NCBI GenBank assembly: GCA_015490755.1
Contig: WFXF01000002.1
Span: forward strand, 8,433-72,432
From: Gammaproteobacteria bacterium
Lineage (GTDB): Bacteria; Pseudomonadota; Gammaproteobacteria; JAADGQ01
Length of the DNA stretch: 64,000 nt
Direction: 5' to 3'
Shown in pieces: positions 20,813 through 30,923 of the stretch. The position numbers and the translations under genes were made by a program. Below the pieces are notes generated by a model. The model made no database searches. It was not told where the DNA came from and saw nothing but the letters and a program-made list of their open reading frames with translations. How positions within the stretch are numbered: the first letter of the stretch is position 1; each line of letters opens with the position of its first letter.

Positions 20813-22615
20813 TTAATTATATTCATGATGATTTAGAACCTCAAGAAATGCATCGCCATAGCGCTCTAGTTTTACGGTGCCGACTCCTGAAACATGGCTG
20901 AGTTGTTCCAGTGTTTGAGGTAAGTGATCAACCATTTCGATCAATGTGGTATCTGGAAAAATAATATACGGGGGAACATTTTGTTTTTCTGCGATCTCTC
21001 TGCGGCATTTGCGCAGCGCATGCCATAGCGCTTCTTGTTTCTGTGTGCTGAAAGTGATTTGCTTGCGACGTGTGGGGCCGCTTTTTATGGGTTTTTTATC
21101 TTGGCGCAAAAGAAGTTGTTGCTGGCCTTTAAGGATAGGGCGGCACTCTTCGGTGAGGCGAAAGGTGCCATATTCAATATCAACATCCAGTAACCCTCTG
21201 GCGACTAACTGTCTTAGCACTGAGCGCCACTGATTAGCATTGAGTTCGCCACCGATGCCATAGGTGGTTAACTTGTGGTGGCCTAACTGTTGAATTCGTC
21301 TGTTCTCTTTGCCCAGTAAAATATCAATAATATAACCTGCGCCAAAGCGTTGCCCAGTACGATATATGCACGAAATCAGTTTTTGTACCGCTATAGAGGC
21401 GTCCCAGGTTTTGACCGGTTCGAGGCAGTTATCGCAGTTACCACACGGTTTTTCAAGTTTATCATCAAAGTAACTGAGCAAGGTTTGGCGGCGACACGAT
21501 GTGATCTCGCAAAGTCCCAGCATGGTATCAAGCTTGTAACGTTCGATACGCTTTTGGCTTTCACCCGCATCGGATGAATCCAGCATTTGGCGCAATGTCA
21601 CAACATTTTGTAATCCATATGACATCCATGCATTAGCGGGCAAGCCATCGCGCCCTGCGCGGCCAGTCTCCTGATAATAGGCTTCGATGCTTTTAGGTAG
21701 ATCAAGGTGAGCGACAAAGCGCACATCAGGTTTGTCGATTCCCATGCCAAAAGCAATGGTTGCAACGATGATAATGTTCTCTTCATTAAGAAAGCGGGTC
21801 TGGTTTTGCTCGCGTACAGTGCCAGGCAGTCTGGCGTGATAGGGTAGGGCATTAAAACCTTTGCTGCTTAACCAGTCGGCAATCGTTTCTACTTTTTTGC
21901 GTGACAGGCAATAGACAATGCCAGAGTCACCTTTATGTTCACGGTGTAGAAATTTTAATAACTGATCGCGTTGGTTTTGGTATTGATTAATACGGTAGGT
22001 AATATTGGGGCGGTCAAAACCACTGACAAAAATCTGTGCCTTTTCCAGCCCCAGCTGGCTGATAATTTCACTGCGCGTGGTTTGGTCAGCGGTCGCAGTC
22101 AGGGCAATGCGTGGTATATCAGGGAATCGTTCATGCAGTATGGTGAGTTTGTGGTATTCGGGCCTGAAATCATGCCCCCATTGTGAAACACAATGCGCCT
22201 CATCAATCGCGAACAGTGCGATGTTGAGGCGAGACATCATGTTCAGCATACGCGGGTTCATTAATCGCTCAGGTGCAATATAGAGCAGATCCAGTTCAGC
22301 ATTAAAAAGCTGTCGCTCAATCGCTTGTGTTTCTTGATAGTCCAGACTGGAATTCAGGAATGCAGCACGCACACCGACCTGTTGCAGCGCATGAACCTGA
22401 TTTTGCATCAATGCAATAAGAGGTGAGATCACAATGCCAACGCCATTTCTGGCAATAGCTGGAATTTGATAACAAAGTGATTTTCCTCCACCCGTTGGCA
22501 TGAGTACCATCACATCGCCCCCCTCAATCAGCTGATTGATGATGGCTTCCTGTGAATCACGAAATTGATCAAAGCCAAAGGTGCTGTGTAGAATCTCCTG
22601 AGCCAGTCTACTCAC
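20813..22615 (-). CDS. recQ: ATP-dependent DNA helicase RecQ
   Basis: A DEAH box (DEAHCVSQWGHDFRPEY), helicase C, RQC and HRDC domains; 600 aa. Confidence 0.95.
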   Translation of the reverse strand: MSRLAQEILHSTFGFDQFRDSQEAIINQLIEGGDVMVLMPTGGGKSLCYQIPAIARNGVGIVISPLIALMQNQVHALQQVGVRAAFLNSSLDYQETQAIERQLFNAELDLLYIAPERLMNPRMLNMMSRLNIALFAIDEAHCVSQWGHDFRPEYHKLTILHERFPDIPRIALTATADQTTRSEIISQLGLEKAQIFVSGFDRPNITYRINQYQNQRDQLLKFLHREHKGDSGIVYCLSRKKVETIADWLSSKGFNALPYHARLPGTVREQNQTRFLNEENIIIVATIAFGMGIDKPDVRFVAHLDLPKSIEAYYQETGRAGRDGLPANAWMSYGLQNVVTLRQMLDSSDAGESQKRIERYKLDTMLGLCEITSCRRQTLLSYFDDKLEKPCGNCDNCLEPVKTWDASIAVQKLISCIYRTGQRFGAGYIIDILLGKENRRIQQLGHHKLTTYGIGGELNANQWRSVLRQLVARGLLDVDIEYGTFRLTEECRPILKGQQQLLLRQDKKPIKSGPTRRKQITFSTQKQEALWHALRKCRREIAEKQNVPPYIIFPDTTLIEMVDHLPQTLEQLSHVSGVGTVKLERYGDAFLEVLNHHEYN

Positions 22616-23421
22616 TGTCGGCGATGATCAAGTGCTGGAAAATTACGGCGAGTGCTGGTCAGTTGATCAAGGTTAATATCAGCAATGACAAAGCCGGATC
22701 CTTGGGGGCGGTGATCGAGTATTGTTCCCCATGGGTCGACGATCATGCTGTGGCCGTGAGTCGCTCGACCATTGACATGAAACCCTCCTTGCGCGGCTGC
22801 AATGACATAACTTAAATTTTCAATCGCACGTGCGCGAACTAATGTTTCCCAGTGTGCTTTGCCGGTCATTGCGGTAAATGCGGCGGGTACGACAAAAAAA
22901 TCGACTCCTTTATTGATTAAAGATCGATAAAGCTCTGGAAAGCGTAAGTCATAACAAACCGTTATACCCATGCAGCCGAAGGGGGTGTCAACGGTTACAA
23001 GTGAGTCTCCCGCTTCTATGGTGGCAGATTCGGTATAACTCTCCTGACTCTCTTCCAGCAAGACATCAAAAAGGTGAAGTTTGTCATAACGGGCGATGCG
23101 CTGACCTTCATTGTTGAAGACAAGGCAGGATGCATATGCTTTATTCGGGTTGTCGCTGACTAAGGGAATCGTGCCACCCACGATCCATATGTCATGCTTG
23201 ATCGCCTGTTGCGTCAAAAAACCTTGAATTTGACCGTCATCTTCATGCTCTCGAATATCAACTTTTTCAGTTTCAATGCGGCCCATCAGCGCAAAATTTT
23301 CAGGGAGCACAATAAGCTTTGCTCCCGATGCGACTGCTTGCCCAATGAGTTTATCTGCTTCAATAAGGTTTGCATTTAAATTGGGCCCTGAAGCCATCTG
23401 GATTGCAGCAATTCGGTTCAT
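22612..23421 (-). CDS. carbon-nitrogen hydrolase family protein (nitrilase / omega-amidase-like)
   Basis: CN-hydrolase fold with its E-K-C triad context. Overlaps recQ by 4 bp. Confidence 0.88.
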   Translation of the reverse strand: MNRIAAIQMASGPNLNANLIEADKLIGQAVASGAKLIVLPENFALMGRIETEKVDIREHEDDGQIQGFLTQQAIKHDIWIVGGTIPLVSDNPNKAYASCLVFNNEGQRIARYDKLHLFDVLLEESQESYTESATIEAGDSLVTVDTPFGCMGITVCYDLRFPELYRSLINKGVDFFVVPAAFTAMTGKAHWETLVRARAIENLSYVIAAAQGGFHVNGRATHGHSMIVDPWGTILDHRPQGSGFVIADINLDQLTSTRRNFPALDHRRQ

Positions 23422-26400
23422 TTATCAGCCTGTTTTTTCTCTGGAATTTTATAGGTTGAAACTTTTTCTACAACAGGCTCATCCCAAGATCCTGTGACGC
23501 GATATTCAGTGCTGGCGATGGTATCCAGCTTGGGTAAAAATACTTTTTGAAAAATAAGTACAGCAGCACCCGCACCCATCCAGCTGGAGCCTGCGGCAAT
23601 TGCACCCGCAACGGGTAGTATGGAGCTGACTTTTGGAGTCACTAATACTTGTTGATTATAGTCCTCATCAGCCAGTCCTATACGGCCAATCATTTTAACC
23701 TCAGCTGCACTGCTTGTCATGACCAGATTTTCAGTAAATGCATCACCCATGTCAATTTTGTAGTCACCTATAATTTTGTCAAACTTAAAGCCTTTGCCGA
23801 AGAGATCTCTAAAGTCCAAAGCGAGTCGTTTTGGCAGAGCTTGCAGGCTTAACAGGCTTACAATGCGTCCAGCACCGGGTTTAATATCAGTCAGTTGGCC
23901 ATCCCTGATATCCATGTTGAGATCACCGCGAAAGCGTGTCAAATCAAAGTCAGTAGGTGAGCCGAGCCAGTTGGCATTGATTTTAACTCCTCCTTTACCA
24001 CCTTTGATCGGCATGACAACGTCAAAAAGCGCGAGTGTTTTGGGCAGTTGATTAATTTTTAGATCAATTTCAAAGGCTGTTTTTTGTTGGTTGTTAATGT
24101 CAAGCCAATCACCTTGCGCTGTAATTTTAGTATGGCTTGAGTCGAGGGTAATTTTCTCAAAATGGAGGCCATTTTTCTGTGATGTCGCGGTGAGGCTTAG
24201 TGTTCCAAAATTGTTACCATTAAAAATAAATTGCTGGCTTGTGATTTGTAACGAAGGTATTTTTTTAGGGTCTGCCGCAGGTGAAGGTGATTGAATTTCA
24301 CGCTCTTTTTGCGATTGAAGTTCAAGGTGTTCAAGATTCATTATGATGGGCAAAGAGATTTGACGCGGCAGAGAGATCATCCCTTTAAGCTGTGTGCTGT
24401 CAATATCGACCTGCCAGGCCTGTTTTGTTCTATTCACAAAAACATTAGCCTGGTCAAAATATTGGCCGAAAGCCTCCATTGAGTTGATCTGTAAATCAAT
24501 ACTGTTAGGTAGGTTGATATCACTTTTTTGCTCCGTTGATTCAGGAAGTACACTTAGCCAGTCACTGATAGAGAGTTTTGGTAAGCTGCCAGCAATACGT
24601 AGTTGTGGTTTGTTAGGGAGTACTGCGAAATCATCACCAAAACGAAGTTCACCGCGTTCCCACACAACTGTTTCCTGAGTCGCATCACGTAAAAATATAC
24701 CATTAATTTTTTCCCCATAACGAAGGGTAACCGGTTCTTTCAGTGCGCCCCCCAGCAGCCCCATTTCCAGAATAAAAGTACGTGGCTCTATTGATTGTTT
24801 TTTGAGTGGGTATGGCAGGGTAATGGCCAGCCCTTTTAGTAAAGACTCGACGTGCAAATTGACATCGGGTGGTTTATTTTTACCCTTTTCCGAGGTTAGT
24901 TGAAGCCGTGCATGCCAGTCTGTTTTCCCCTTTAAAAAGCGATTGTCAGGGAGGTGAATGATTTTTGATAGTCGTGTCGCATCAACGATGCCATCCGCAG
25001 TAAACTGGATAATATTGTTTTTTTGATTATCGTGATGGGTGCGAATGACCAGTTCAGTCTCCATGCCGAGCAATTTGCCCTGAATACCGGGTGAATAAAT
25101 CCCTTGCTCTGAAAAAACAAGCATGCCTTGCAGTTGTTCGAGATCAACAGCACCTTCTGCGAGCAATAGTGTATTGTTATCAAATGTAATTTCACCATTA
25201 ACTTTGTGACCGGTGGGCGCAATCGGCAGGTCGAGTTGCAGATGCAATTGACTTGGACCTGTTGCTTCACTGCTCGTGGCAAAAGTTCCGAACTGTGCTT
25301 TTAGTGGGCTCTCTTTAAGGAACTTCAAGGTATCAGAAAGCGGGCCATCAATATAACCATTGATGGTTATATTTAGTGGATTGTCTTTAAAATCTAAAAT
25401 AAGTGCGTTGACATCACGTAATTGTGAATTGAGTAATTGGCCTGATGTGGCATTGATCTCCATACCTGCGCCCTTGAATACCGCTTCAAGTTGCAGCGCT
25501 TCCAGCCGAGGCCAGTGATCCAGGTAGTCAAGAGTTGCATTTTCAGCATTGAAACGTACCTCAAAGTGACCCTGGTTTTTTCTAAATGGAAACCCTTTGA
25601 GCGGGCCATGAAAAAGAATACTTCCATGAGTGACATGGCCATCAATAATGGAATTGTCCAGCCACGTGACTGCTCCTTCCGGCATAATTCCCACGGGTAA
25701 ATAACGTGATGTTTTCTTGGCATCTCCATCTGAAAAATTTGCAAAAATTTCCAGAAATGGAGGTGAGTGGTCTGAAGGAAACTCAAGCAACATTGAGCCT
25801 CTAGCCGTAATATCGCTATTTTTTAATACAATATCGCTTGATTGAATACGCCAACCGATATCACTTTTTCCCCAATGCAGGCGGCCATTCAATAAATCCA
25901 CAGGCAATTTTTCACGAAACAGCATGCCTGTATCCAGTTTTGCAGTATGGCTGTTGATATCAAGTATGCCTGCCTGTTGATTTAAAGTAATGGAGCCATT
26001 GAGGTTTTTTATGCCGGGAATTGGGTGGCTAAATTGTGTTGTCAGGTTTCTAAACTTTGATTGGAATGAGAATGTTTCAGAGCTCTCTTTGTTTGCTTTT
26101 TGGTACTGTAAATAGGTGTCAGAAAAAGAGCCGGCAGGTTTTAATTTTTTCAGTAGTTTTGTCGTTTTTTGATCCAGCAGGTCACTGTTCAATAATAAAT
26201 CTCGCAAGTCATCAATTTGAATAAATGAGCTTCGTACTGTGTAGTGTTCGGAGGGTTGAGCGCTGTTTTTTTCAATACTAAACTGGCTTGTGGGCCAGGT
26301 ATGTCTGTTTCGTTGGAGAATAAATTGATCAATATCCAATATAAAGCCTTCTTGTTGACGTAACCAGGCAAAATTTCCAGAAAGTCGATCAATTAAAAAT

Positions 26401-27359
26401 GGTCTGTTTTTAGAGGTGCTTTTGCCAGTTTTAACTGAATCGAGCCGAATATGTTGCCCATTGAGCATGCCAGAGGCTGAAGTGATGAGTGATTTTTCCC
26501 AATGACTCCATAGTTTAAGGTTTATTTTCCCTGTGAGTGTGAGCTGTTGTTTGGGTGTTAAAATGTTCAACCACTCTTGCGGGTTGATATTTGTACCTTC
26601 AATGTAGACCTGGCCAGACCACTGTTCAGGTTTTGATAGATCACCTGTGCCATCAAGTGCAAAAGAGAGCTGCTCTCCCAGACTGTTAGGTAGTGAAATT
26701 TTTGCGGTGAGTTGATGGCGGCCATTAATATTGCGGGTTTCAATTTGTGCATCCTGAAAGGTGAGTTGATGATTGCCTGTTATCTGGTCTGTCCAGAGTA
26801 GCTTTTTAACTTCAATATTAATTTGCTCCTGACTGAGTAACCAGCGTAGGGTTTCTATTCCATGTTGGTCGTCTGTCGCTTTTTCAGGTGTGAAATTTAA
26901 CTCTTTAAGCAGTAACTCTCCCTGCTTGTTACGTTGCAAGTCTAATTGATCAATTGACAAGTCAAGTTGATCCAGGGTGATGTTCCAGCGATGCAGTGAT
27001 TCGAGCAGGTCTAAACCGATCAGGGCTTTTTCAAAATTGAGCAGGGTATGTTTTTCAGTGTTGTCTAGCAGTTCGAGTCCATGAAGCTCCAGGCGGGGGC
27101 CAAAGCGATACCAGCGGGCTTTGATTTCAGTGATACGCACAGGTTGTCCCAGTGCGTCACTGACGGCTGCTTCAATGCTCTGACGGTAAGCTCCAATTTC
27201 AGGCAAAACAACACGGGCTATACTGAGGAATACGGCCAGAATGATGATGAAAGCAACAAATGTATGGCGGCTTATGTGAAAACAGTTCCACAGGCAAAGT
27301 TTTATAAAGTGATCTTTGCCAGGCTTTTCATCTTTTTTACGATCTACTGCTTGAGCCAT
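23418..27359 (-). CDS. yhdP: YhdP-family AsmA-like protein (TIGR02099; envelope lipid transport)
   Basis: 1313 aa with an N-terminal TM anchor. Its size and its position next to rng match E. coli yhdP. Confidence 0.85.
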   Translation of the reverse strand: MAQAVDRKKDEKPGKDHFIKLCLWNCFHISRHTFVAFIIILAVFLSIARVVLPEIGAYRQSIEAAVSDALGQPVRITEIKARWYRFGPRLELHGLELLDNTEKHTLLNFEKALIGLDLLESLHRWNITLDQLDLSIDQLDLQRNKQGELLLKELNFTPEKATDDQHGIETLRWLLSQEQINIEVKKLLWTDQITGNHQLTFQDAQIETRNINGRHQLTAKISLPNSLGEQLSFALDGTGDLSKPEQWSGQVYIEGTNINPQEWLNILTPKQQLTLTGKINLKLWSHWEKSLITSASGMLNGQHIRLDSVKTGKSTSKNRPFLIDRLSGNFAWLRQQEGFILDIDQFILQRNRHTWPTSQFSIEKNSAQPSEHYTVRSSFIQIDDLRDLLLNSDLLDQKTTKLLKKLKPAGSFSDTYLQYQKANKESSETFSFQSKFRNLTTQFSHPIPGIKNLNGSITLNQQAGILDINSHTAKLDTGMLFREKLPVDLLNGRLHWGKSDIGWRIQSSDIVLKNSDITARGSMLLEFPSDHSPPFLEIFANFSDGDAKKTSRYLPVGIMPEGAVTWLDNSIIDGHVTHGSILFHGPLKGFPFRKNQGHFEVRFNAENATLDYLDHWPRLEALQLEAVFKGAGMEINATSGQLLNSQLRDVNALILDFKDNPLNITINGYIDGPLSDTLKFLKESPLKAQFGTFATSSEATGPSQLHLQLDLPIAPTGHKVNGEITFDNNTLLLAEGAVDLEQLQGMLVFSEQGIYSPGIQGKLLGMETELVIRTHHDNQKNNIIQFTADGIVDATRLSKIIHLPDNRFLKGKTDWHARLQLTSEKGKNKPPDVNLHVESLLKGLAITLPYPLKKQSIEPRTFILEMGLLGGALKEPVTLRYGEKINGIFLRDATQETVVWERGELRFGDDFAVLPNKPQLRIAGSLPKLSISDWLSVLPESTEQKSDINLPNSIDLQINSMEAFGQYFDQANVFVNRTKQAWQVDIDSTQLKGMISLPRQISLPIIMNLEHLELQSQKEREIQSPSPAADPKKIPSLQITSQQFIFNGNNFGTLSLTATSQKNGLHFEKITLDSSHTKITAQGDWLDINNQQKTAFEIDLKINQLPKTLALFDVVMPIKGGKGGVKINANWLGSPTDFDLTRFRGDLNMDIRDGQLTDIKPGAGRIVSLLSLQALPKRLALDFRDLFGKGFKFDKIIGDYKIDMGDAFTENLVMTSSAAEVKMIGRIGLADEDYNQQVLVTPKVSSILPVAGAIAAGSSWMGAGAAVLIFQKVFLPKLDTIASTEYRVTGSWDEPVVEKVSTYKIPEKKQADK

Positions 27360-27374
27360 TAGTCTCTTAAATAT

Positions 27375-28832
27375 TTACAACAAAATAATATCGAATTGCT
27401 CTTGGGTATAAGTGGCCTCAATTTGGAATTTTACTGGTTTGTTGATGAACTCTTCCAGTTCAGCAACACGGGTAGACTCTTCATCAATTAAGCGGTCAAC
27501 AACCTCAGGACAGGCAAGAACCAGATATTCCCGAGCATCAAATTGGCGGGCTTCACGCATAATTTCACGAAAAATATCATAGCAGGTGGTTTCGGCTGTT
27601 TTTACAGAGCCTCGACCATTACAGGTTGGACATGTCTCGCATAGAATGTGCTCCAGGCTTTCGCGGGTACGTTTGCGGGTCATCTCGACCAGCCCTAGTG
27701 CTGAAACGGTACTGATATTATATTTTGAATGGCTATTCGCCATGTGTCTTTCCAGTGCTTGCAGTACCTGCTGTTTATGTTTTTCGTCAGTCATATCAAT
27801 AAAATCGATGATGATGATACCGCCAAGGTTACGTAATCTGAGTTGTCGAGCAACCGCATGAGTCGCTTCAAGGTTGGTTTTAAAAATGGTTTCGCTGAGG
27901 TTTTTATGTCCGACAAATGCTCCCGTATTCACGTCAATAGTTGTCATGGCTTCTGTCTGGTCTATGACCAGATAACCACCGGACTTGAGTTGAACCTGGC
28001 GCTCAAGCGCTTTCTGGATTTCATCTTCAATGGAGTAGATGTCAAAGATGGGACGTTCACCTGGGTAATGTTGTACACGATCTGCTATTTCAGGTAGGAA
28101 AGTTTGGGCAAAATGAGCTGCACGCTGATGTGTTTCCCGTGAATCGATACGTATTCGATCAATATCCTGGTTGACCATGTCACGCATGGTGCGCATGGCG
28201 AGTGGAAAACCTTCGTAGACCATCATTCCGACTGTTGCATTTTGAATGCGCTCTTGTACTTTTTTCCATAATCGATTCAGGAAGTCCATATCAGCCAACA
28301 GATCTTTTGTATCGGATCCTTCAGCCGCTGTACGTACTATATAGCCATGTCTATTTTCTGTGGCTGCACTCTGAATAATTTTTTTAAGGCGTAATCGCTC
28401 CTTTTCATTCTCGATTTGGTGTGAGATGCCAATGTCTGTTGTATTGGGAATCAGTACAAGGTAGCGAGATGGAATAGATATGTGTGTGGTTAAACGTGCG
28501 CCTTTTGTTCCCAATGGGTCTTTGATGACCTGTACCAGTAACTCTTGACCGTCATGGAGCAGTGAGCGAATCTGTTTCTCATTATGTTCACTATCATTGC
28601 CAGGTAAAGTTCGTATATCAGACGCATGAAGAAAAGCAGAGCGTTCCAGGCCTATATCAATAAAAGCGGCCTGCATACCGGGTAAAATCCGGCACACTTT
28701 ACCGTGGTAAATATTGCTCACCAGGCCACGTTTGCTGCTACGCTCGATATGTACTTCCTGAAGCACACCATTTTCGACGATTGCGACTCGTGTCTCACTG
28801 GGGGTGACGTTAATTAATATCTCTTCACTCAT
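27375..28832 (-). CDS. rng: ribonuclease G
   Basis: An S1 domain plus the RNase E/G catalytic domain; 485 aa. Confidence 0.93.
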   Translation of the reverse strand: MSEEILINVTPSETRVAIVENGVLQEVHIERSSKRGLVSNIYHGKVCRILPGMQAAFIDIGLERSAFLHASDIRTLPGNDSEHNEKQIRSLLHDGQELLVQVIKDPLGTKGARLTTHISIPSRYLVLIPNTTDIGISHQIENEKERLRLKKIIQSAATENRHGYIVRTAAEGSDTKDLLADMDFLNRLWKKVQERIQNATVGMMVYEGFPLAMRTMRDMVNQDIDRIRIDSRETHQRAAHFAQTFLPEIADRVQHYPGERPIFDIYSIEDEIQKALERQVQLKSGGYLVIDQTEAMTTIDVNTGAFVGHKNLSETIFKTNLEATHAVARQLRLRNLGGIIIIDFIDMTDEKHKQQVLQALERHMANSHSKYNISTVSALGLVEMTRKRTRESLEHILCETCPTCNGRGSVKTAETTCYDIFREIMREARQFDAREYLVLACPEVVDRLIDEESTRVAELEEFINKPVKFQIEATYTQEQFDIILL

Positions 28833-28878
28833 GTTTTATATATCGGCCGCTATTGCACCTGCCTTGTTGAAAAATATT

Positions 28879-29349
28879 TTAGGCACGATGGTAGGGGTGG
28901 TTGGCCAGGATGCTCCAGGCACGGTAAATCTGTTCGGCAAGTAGTATGCGTACCAGCGGATGAGGCAGCGTGAGTGGTGAAAGTGACCAGGATTGCCGGG
29001 CACGGTTCAGGCAGGATGGGTCGAGCCCTTCTGGGCCACCAACAAGGAGTGCGATATTGCGCCCATCTTGCATCCATTGACTCATTTGAGATGAAAGCTT
29101 TTCTGTACTCCAGCTCTGGCCTTTAACATCCAGTGCAATGGTCAGGCAATCTTTGGGAAGTACAGCGAGCATACGTTCACCTTCTTGCTGCAAAATACGT
29201 TTAATATCGCTATTTTTACCACGCTTGCCAGCAGGAATTTCGTGGAGATTCAGTCTGCACTCGTGGGGGAGGCGTTTGGCGAACTCAGAGTAACCGTCAT
29301 TGACCCATCGAGGCATTTTTTGGCCGATTGCAACAAGGTGGATCTGCAT
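28879..29349 (-). CDS. rlmH: 23S rRNA (pseudouridine1915-N3)-methyltransferase RlmH
   Basis: 156-aa SPOUT methyltransferase; MQIHLVAIG… is the typical RlmH N-terminus. Confidence 0.92.
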   Translation of the reverse strand: MQIHLVAIGQKMPRWVNDGYSEFAKRLPHECRLNLHEIPAGKRGKNSDIKRILQQEGERMLAVLPKDCLTIALDVKGQSWSTEKLSSQMSQWMQDGRNIALLVGGPEGLDPSCLNRARQSWSLSPLTLPHPLVRILLAEQIYRAWSILANHPYHRA

Positions 29350-29352
29350 GAG

Positions 29353-29694
29353 CTAACTTGCTACTTCAGCATCGGTATTCCAAAGCTTTTCCAGTTGATA
29401 AAACTCGCGCATATCAGGTGTCATGATATGAATAACAACATCAGCGAGATCAACTAATATCCAGTTTCCGGGGTGCTGCCCTTCAACACCGATCGGCGTA
29501 CAGCCGTTTTCCTTGCTTTTTACGATAACACTATTGGCCAGCGCTTTGACCTGGCGGTCAGAGCTACCCGTGGCAATGATCATAAAGTCAGTGACACTGC
29601 TCATGCCGCGTACGTCGAATACTTGAATATTGATACCTTTTAAATCTTCCAGGGCTTCGAGAGAAATATTTTTTAATTGCTCAGGGCTGATCAT
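29353..29694 (-). CDS. rsfS: ribosomal silencing factor RsfS
   Basis: 113 aa of the Iojap/YbeB family, directly upstream of rlmH. Confidence 0.92.
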   Translation of the reverse strand: MISPEQLKNISLEALEDLKGINIQVFDVRGMSSVTDFMIIATGSSDRQVKALANSVIVKSKENGCTPIGVEGQHPGNWILVDLADVVIHIMTPDMREFYQLEKLWNTDAEVAS

Positions 29695-29740
29695 TACATT
29701 ACTTCTTGCATTTGATAGTCGCGCGAGTATAACAGATGTG

Positions 29741-29914
29741 CTACTTGTTTTGGGTCACGAGCGCACTACTTTCCAAAGCAGCAGACAAGTTTTGGGCCAT
29801 TTTTAGTTGCAGTCGTGCAGTTGACATGCTGTTGATGGTCAATAAAGAGAGCACCAGAAGCAACACAATGCTGACTATGAGCATACCGCCCAGCTGTTTT
29901 TCCCTATGTTTCAT
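29741..29914 (-). pseudogene. 58-codon remnant encoding only the N-terminal (PilX_N-like) segment of a type IV minor pilin
   Basis: The minus-strand translation is MKHREKQLGGMLIVSIVLLLVLSLLTINSMSTARLQLKMAQN…. This is a prepilin-like hydrophobic N-terminus followed by the PilX-type (S/T)xxLxxxMAxN motif. It is not in the ORF track because it is under 60 aa, and no globular domain follows. Confidence 0.45.
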
Positions 29915-29918
29915 TACA

Positions 29919-30923
29919 TTATTTTACCTGATCCGTTTGCTTGATTTTCTTCAAATATATAATCGATGCTCTTCGGTTCTCATCATCTGGATAGACACGA
30001 CCGGAGGTGAGGCAAGTAAAAATATGTTTGAAAACTTCGCCGGGAGTGCCTTTTTTGGTTCCAGAGCGAAAATAGGAGTGGCCTTTGGGGCGGTCATATG
30101 CACTATTAACATCATCGCAATCAACTCGATATACATTTCTTGGTGTTTTCTCTATATCTTCCGGGCCGGTATGACCTAACCTGCGAGATGCAATTTTATT
30201 TTTAAGGTTTGAAACTTTGCTTGCTCGAAGTGCCAGGTCATCCGATGCGTGATAAACAATAACATTACGTGAAGTATGGCAGATTAATTCTCCAGGCTCA
30301 CCTTTGTGAAGTGTTTCATTGACTACATCAGCAGCGACCATGAAGGTGTTTCTAAAAATCAGGGGCAACCCTTTGGGCAGGTCATATTTGCCCCAGACGG
30401 ATAATGTTTCTCGTAGAACACGGTTCCCCATAGAGTGAGCTAATAAGTTGACTCTTTTCAGGCAGGGTTCATCCTGAGGGTTATATTTTTCAGAATTACG
30501 CCATGCTATGAATTTTTCTAATACTCTTGCAAAAGAGAAGGCACTTTGGTCAGCAGCTTTTTGATCATCCCAATAATCCTTGATAATTCCTAAATCGTTG
30601 TCGCATGGCCAAACGATGGGGATGACTAGAATTTCACCCTTTTTAGTTTTTTCACAAAGGTTTTGAAATTCATTAACGGCAGAAAACACATCTTCAGGAA
30701 GGTTGGAAAACCCATGGATGTATATAAGAATCTGGCGACATTCCGACCCTTTTAGCCGACTTAAAAACTCAATACTGCCAATCTCTTTGTACTCTTTTTC
30801 AGATAAACGTTCACAGAAAAATACTGAATTGCTTGCTGCATTATTATTTAGGTCAAAATCAAAATTTCGTCCAACCCGGGTTCGAATGCTCTGTTTTGGG
30901 AATCGGTTTGTAATAAAAATCAT
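29919..30923 (-). CDS. alpha/beta-hydrolase fold protein (putative esterase/lipase, DUF900-like). It is an orphan and AT-rich.
   Basis: 334 aa with the nucleophile elbow AHSMG (GxSxG-type), IYIHGF upstream, and candidate Asp/His downstream. It sits where nadD would normally precede rsfS. Confidence 0.7.
   Translation of the reverse strand: MIFITNRFPKQSIRTRVGRNFDFDLNNNAASNSVFFCERLSEKEYKEIGSIEFLSRLKGSECRQILIYIHGFSNLPEDVFSAVNEFQNLCEKTKKGEILVIPIVWPCDNDLGIIKDYWDDQKAADQSAFSFARVLEKFIAWRNSEKYNPQDEPCLKRVNLLAHSMGNRVLRETLSVWGKYDLPKGLPLIFRNTFMVAADVVNETLHKGEPGELICHTSRNVIVYHASDDLALRASKVSNLKNKIASRRLGHTGPEDIEKTPRNVYRVDCDDVNSAYDRPKGHSYFRSGTKKGTPGEVFKHIFTCLTSGRVYPDDENRRASIIYLKKIKQTDQVK

Noticed and set aside
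23649-27362. Numerous 60-130-aa ORFs on the plus strand inside yhdP, and similar antisense ORFs inside recQ, rng, pilB, pgaA and other long genes
   Set aside because: They are fully embedded antisense to long, well-supported genes, with no RBS or start context. They are typical shadow ORFs.
29736-30179. 147-aa plus-strand ORF spanning the rsfS-hydrolase gap
   Set aside because: It overlaps both the minus-strand pilX-like relic and the 3' end of the alpha/beta-hydrolase gene on the opposite strand. It has a low-complexity translation and no start context, so it is likely spurious.
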